Shown here in pieces: positions 60,804-64,000 of a stretch of DNA of 64,000 nt. The position numbers and the translations under genes are program-made. How positions within the stretch are numbered: position 1 is the stretch's first letter; the number at the start of each line of letters is the position of its first letter. The stretch comes from Thermoanaerobaculia bacterium (lineage in GTDB: Bacteria > Acidobacteriota > Thermoanaerobaculia > UBA5066). The DNA is taken from positions 480,001 to 544,000 of the forward strand of contig CAWFJJ010000025.1 of NCBI GenBank assembly GCA_963816185.1. The letters run 5' to 3'. Below the pieces are notes generated by a model that was not told where the DNA came from, did no database searches, and worked only from the letters and a program-made list of their open reading frames with translations.

Positions 60804-62090
60804 CTAATGATCCCGTCCGTCATCGTCTCCGTGGATCCGCCGAAGCGCGTGCTCGAGGACGTACTCGGCGACCAGGACGCCCGTACTCTGGCCGTCACGG
60901 CAAGCCGAGCGGTAGTGAATGCCGCCGAAGATGCGGGCATCCGCGACCTCGTCGAGCGCCGACGGGAAATCCCCGAAAGAGCGGACGACGCCCGGCATGA
61001 AGTCGGACTCCAGGCTGAAGTCCGCGTCGGTTCCGAAGAGTGCCGAAAGGACCGCCGCGGCGGCGCCGCTCACGGTGGCGTGGCCGGAGGGGTACTCGGG
61101 AAAGGCCGGAGTCACCAGGAGCGGTGTCCAGGCCGGATCGGGGTCGGTCGCCGGGTTTCCATCCGTGTCCGCCAGTGAAATCGCCGTGACCGGCCGCCAG
61201 AACACGTAGTGATACTTCCCGTCCCAGCAGGCGATTGCGGCGTCCGCCATGGCGAGATTCAGAAGAGCCAGAACGTAGGACTCTTCCGAAAAGGTCAGAT
61301 GAGTCCGGAGGCCGAGCTCCACGGCTGCCCGGTCCCAGAGGTAGGCCGGCGTCGTCGAATTCCAGAATTGGGCGGAGAGAGTCTGGTCCGAGGTCCGGAG
61401 GGGGCTCGAGAGGCTGCCCATGGACTTCGTTTCGTTGAAATCGGCCGCGTACTGCGCGCTCGCGAGGTTTGGGGGGCCCGACGGGCGGAATTGCGAGGCG
61501 GATTCGATCACCCATGTTTCCATCGTGGCGAACTGTGGCGCGGCGCCCGGCAGGAACCCGGGCGGCGTCGGCCGCCACTCTCCGACGGCCAGGCCGCCGA
61601 GAAACGGCGGAGGAGGCGGCGTGAAGCCGTCCGCGCTCCGCCAAGCCCAGATCGCGTCCGCGACTGCCTGCCCCCATTCGACTCCCCGGGCGATGGACTG
61701 GCTGTGCTCCTCGGCCTCTTCATCTGCGATCGCCGCCAGCGACGCCGCAAGCTTCACGTCGAAGGTGCTCTTCTGGGAGGGGTAGAGTCTGACGAGGTTC
61801 GCATAGGCCGCCTGGACTGCCGCCGCGCGCCGCGACGCCCCGCGCGGCGCGGCCGGGGCGACGTGGATCGGGGTGTACCGGCGCTCGATGCCGTTGACGG
61901 CGTCGAAGACGGAAGCCTGGACGATCGCGGCCACGCGGGTCATGACGAGCGGGCTCGTGGGCGGGACCGCGTCGTGCGCAGCCTGCAGCATGATCCCGTT
62001 CCAGTCCGTGACCTCGTCGGCGCGGACGGCCGTCGAGATGGAGCTGGCCATGGCAGCCAGCACGAAGAACGACCTGGCGAATCGTTTCAT
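60804..62090 (-). CDS. Secreted vanadium-dependent haloperoxidase (PAP2 superfamily)
   Basis: Signal peptide (VRA-DEVTDWN), KYHYVFWRP, PEYPSGHA, RIFGGIHY. Confidence 0.9.
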   Translation of the reverse strand: MKRFARSFFVLAAMASSISTAVRADEVTDWNGIMLQAAHDAVPPTSPLVMTRVAAIVQASVFDAVNGIERRYTPIHVAPAAPRGASRRAAAVQAAYANLVRLYPSQKSTFDVKLAASLAAIADEEAEEHSQSIARGVEWGQAVADAIWAWRSADGFTPPPPPFLGGLAVGEWRPTPPGFLPGAAPQFATMETWVIESASQFRPSGPPNLASAQYAADFNETKSMGSLSSPLRTSDQTLSAQFWNSTTPAYLWDRAAVELGLRTHLTFSEESYVLALLNLAMADAAIACWDGKYHYVFWRPVTAISLADTDGNPATDPDPAWTPLLVTPAFPEYPSGHATVSGAAAAVLSALFGTDADFSLESDFMPGVVRSFGDFPSALDEVADARIFGGIHYRSACRDGQSTGVLVAEYVLEHALRRIHGDDDGRDH

Positions 62091-62167
62091 GATGTCTCCT
62101 TTCCTGGCGTTTCGAACGCGACTCAATTGCATCGCGCTGCTAAGATTGATTTCTCGACGGGAGAAGT

Positions 62168-62206
62168 CTCAGGAGCACGCTAGGGTTTCGCTGGCTTTTC
62201 GCTAAG
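62168..62206. promoter_or_regulatory. 11-bp-periodic direct repeats, candidate wHTH operator
   Basis: CTCAGG 62168, GCTAGG 62179, GCTGGC 62190, GCTAAG 62201. Confidence 0.4.
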
Positions 62207-62214
62207 AGTCGTGG

Positions 62215-62859
62215 ATGCGGCTGACTTTCGCTGATTGCGTTTTCGACTCGGGAACCAGAGAGATCTCTCTGGGCGGGCGAATGGCGCCGATCTCTCCCAA
62301 GGCTTTTCGGCTCCTCGAGATCCTGATCGAGAGACGCCCGAACGCCGTCCCAAAGGAGCAGCTTCATGAGCTCCTGTGGCCGAGCACGTTCGTGGCCGAT
62401 GCAAACCTGCCCAACCTCGTGGCCGAGCTGCGGGCCGCGCTGGGCGACGATCCACAGAACCCGCGCATCGTCCGGACGGTGCCGAGGTTCGGCTACGCGT
62501 TCTGTGCGGAGGCCGCGCCGACCCCGAGCGGGCAGGGCCGCTCCGTCGTCTTCAAGCTGCTTTGGGGCGGGCGGGAGATCGCGCTCGATCCCGGCGAAAA
62601 CGTCCTGGGCCGGGATCCGCTATGCGTCGCCTGCATCGACGTCGGGAGCGTCTCGCGGCGCCACGCTCGCATCGTCGTGTCGGGAGGCAGCGCGACCGTG
62701 GAGGACTTGGGGAGCAGGAACGGGACGTTTCTCAAGGGGGAGGCGGTTGTGTCCGCCTGCGTGCTTTCCGACGGCGATCGAGTCCGGCTCGGGACCGCGG
62801 AGATGACGGTCCGGCGCTACGTCGGCGGCGTTCCGACGGAGCCGGTGCAAGACGCGTAA
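62215..62859 (+). CDS. Winged-helix (OmpR/CadC-type) DNA-binding + FHA regulator
   Basis: PKAFRLLEIL...LWP...LRAALGD...RTVPRFGYAF; LGR...VSRRHA...DLGSRNGT. Confidence 0.92.
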   Translation: MRLTFADCVFDSGTREISLGGRMAPISPKAFRLLEILIERRPNAVPKEQLHELLWPSTFVADANLPNLVAELRAALGDDPQNPRIVRTVPRFGYAFCAEAAPTPSGQGRSVVFKLLWGGREIALDPGENVLGRDPLCVACIDVGSVSRRHARIVVSGGSATVEDLGSRNGTFLKGEAVVSACVLSDGDRVRLGTAEMTVRRYVGGVPTEPVQDA

Positions 62860-62941
62860 AGGACCAACGCGCACCGCATCCCGCGGCGATGTTCGGCGCC
62901 TTCTCCTCTTTATCTCCTAAGAAGTCTCCCGGCCACGGGGC

Positions 62942-63361
62942 CTACCGCGCCTTCGTTTCCTTCCGCGCCGCGCGATTGAGTGCCTCGTCGAACGACGAAA
63001 AGCGGATCTGTCGCACGCCGTTTCCATACAGAGAGAGGTAGGACGCGAGGTGAAGGCTGTCGAAGCCGCGGAGATGATGCTTCTCGGCGAGGTCTCCGGC
63101 GTTGCGGTAGACCGCCTCGCTGACTTCGACGGCCAGGTACCTCGGCCAATCCAACTCGAGGTCGTTTTTCGCCTGCCCGAACCCCGCGAACGTCAGCCCG
63201 CCCGCGCGTCGCTGGCGAGCGAGGGCCGCCCGGGCCTCGACATACGTTACGACCGACGTCGCCACGAGCTCGGCGCGCTCCACAAGATCCCGAACCAAGC
63301 GCGATCCCTGCTCCTCGACGTAGAGCTTCACCAGGCTGCTCGTATCGAGATAGGCGATCAA
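62942..63361 (-). CDS. vapC: PIN-domain (VapC-family) toxin
   Basis: YLDTSSLVKLY...E...LRGFDSLHLAS...SFD; TTG start overlaps the antitoxin stop. Confidence 0.9.
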   Translation of the reverse strand: MIAYLDTSSLVKLYVEEQGSRLVRDLVERAELVATSVVTYVEARAALARQRRAGGLTFAGFGQAKNDLELDWPRYLAVEVSEAVYRNAGDLAEKHHLRGFDSLHLASYLSLYGNGVRQIRFSSFDEALNRAARKETKAR

Positions 63362-63630
63362 CGACGATCCTCGAGGACCATCTCCGCGGTCGTTTTCCTC
63401 CCTTTCAGCGCCGCAGCCCGTACGCTCCCCCGGGGCTTGCCTCCGCTCCAGCTCGCGATCCTCCCGCGAACGAGGTCCCACCCCCATTTTGCCTCGTCCG
63501 TTTCCTCGATCGGCGTCAGAGCGGCAAGGGGCTCACCCCGATCCGTGACCACGATTCGTTCGCCCTCTCCGGCCCGTCTCAAGTAATCGCTCAAGTGGTC
63601 CTTGAGGACCCTCACCCCGACACGCGTCAT
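63358..63630 (-). CDS. Phd/YefM-family antitoxin
   Basis: VGVRVLKDHLSDYLRRAGEGERIVVTDRGEPLAAL. Confidence 0.92.
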   Translation of the reverse strand: MTRVGVRVLKDHLSDYLRRAGEGERIVVTDRGEPLAALTPIEETDEAKWGWDLVRGRIASWSGGKPRGSVRAAALKGRKTTAEMVLEDRR

Positions 63631-63644
63631 TAGAGACTTCCTCC

Positions 63645-63677
63645 TGTGGCCACTAGCATATTACATTTGCGGCCACA
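63645..63677 (-). promoter_or_regulatory. TA autoregulatory operator (two palindromes) around a -10 box
   Basis: TGTGGCCACT 63645-63654 and TGCGGCCACA 63668-63677 flank minus-strand TAATATGCT. Confidence 0.65.
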
Positions 63678-63701
63678 TTCGACCCGAGGCGAATCGGCGG
63701 G

Positions 63702-64000
63702 TCAGGTTGCCCGCACGAGCCGCACGCGGCAGTCCAGGTACGCGGCGCCCTCACCCGCATCCGTCGTGCGCGCCCGGACGAGCGCGTTCGCGGAGGTGCC
63801 GCTGTCGTAGTGGCCGCCCTTCGGGACGATGACGACGTCGCGGCGCTGGCCCTCGTCCAGCTTCAGGCGGACGCGCAGGCGCCCGAGGGCGCTCTCGAGG
63901 AAAACGACGTCGCCGTCGGCGAAGCCGTTCGCGGCGCCGGGATGGCAGGTGGCGGTCAGGATGTCGGGCGCCCCGCCCGCCCATTGAGAGCTCTGCGACT
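63702..64000 (-). CDS. Molybdopterin oxidoreductase, C-terminal dinucleotide-binding domain (partial)
   Basis: Manual translation: CHPGAANGFADGDVVFLESALGRLRVRLKLDEGQRRDVVIVPKGG...ANAL...TDAGEGAAYLDCRVRL*. Confidence 0.8.
   Translation of the reverse strand, partial: SQSSQWAGGAPDILTATCHPGAANGFADGDVVFLESALGRLRVRLKLDEGQRRDVVIVPKGGHYDSGTSANALVRARTTDAGEGAAYLDCRVRLVRAT

Noticed and set aside
62942-63630. TA pair as a novel defence system
   Set aside because: Ordinary Phd-PIN (vapBC-type) module with a typical operator

Overview
High-GC (about 70% by eye) bacterial chromosomal segment. Gene content (Hanks kinases with TolB/TPR domains, wHTH-FHA regulators, DUF4388) suggests Acidobacteriota or a similar lineage (inference). 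It contains the start of a type VI secretion operon (tssJ-like/K/L/M, two FHA proteins, a degenerate Zn-ribbon kinase), a c-di-GMP/two-component cluster, an RsbW/RsbV pair, a TetR-USP-RND efflux operon, a heavily frameshifted ScfR/RamB-aceA pair next to sthA, envC-ctpA-yibQ with a catalytically dead CtpA, mazG, dnaK-hspR-sigma70-DnaC-like, and an accessory right end with two kinases, a vanadium haloperoxidase locus and a vapBC-type TA pair. Best candidate for a novel system: a probable outer-membrane beta-barrel gene (59563..60627, minus strand) with an in-frame UGA just after its signal peptide, followed by a bacterial SECIS-like hairpin. This would be an exported selenoprotein, co-oriented with a secreted vanadium haloperoxidase and divergent from a wHTH-FHA regulator. 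Also notable: a dispersed structured palindromic repeat family with an AT-rich 15-mer, a 34-bp att-like direct repeat, and probable CTG starts. Several indels may be assembly errors. No rRNA, tRNA or CRISPR array was seen.
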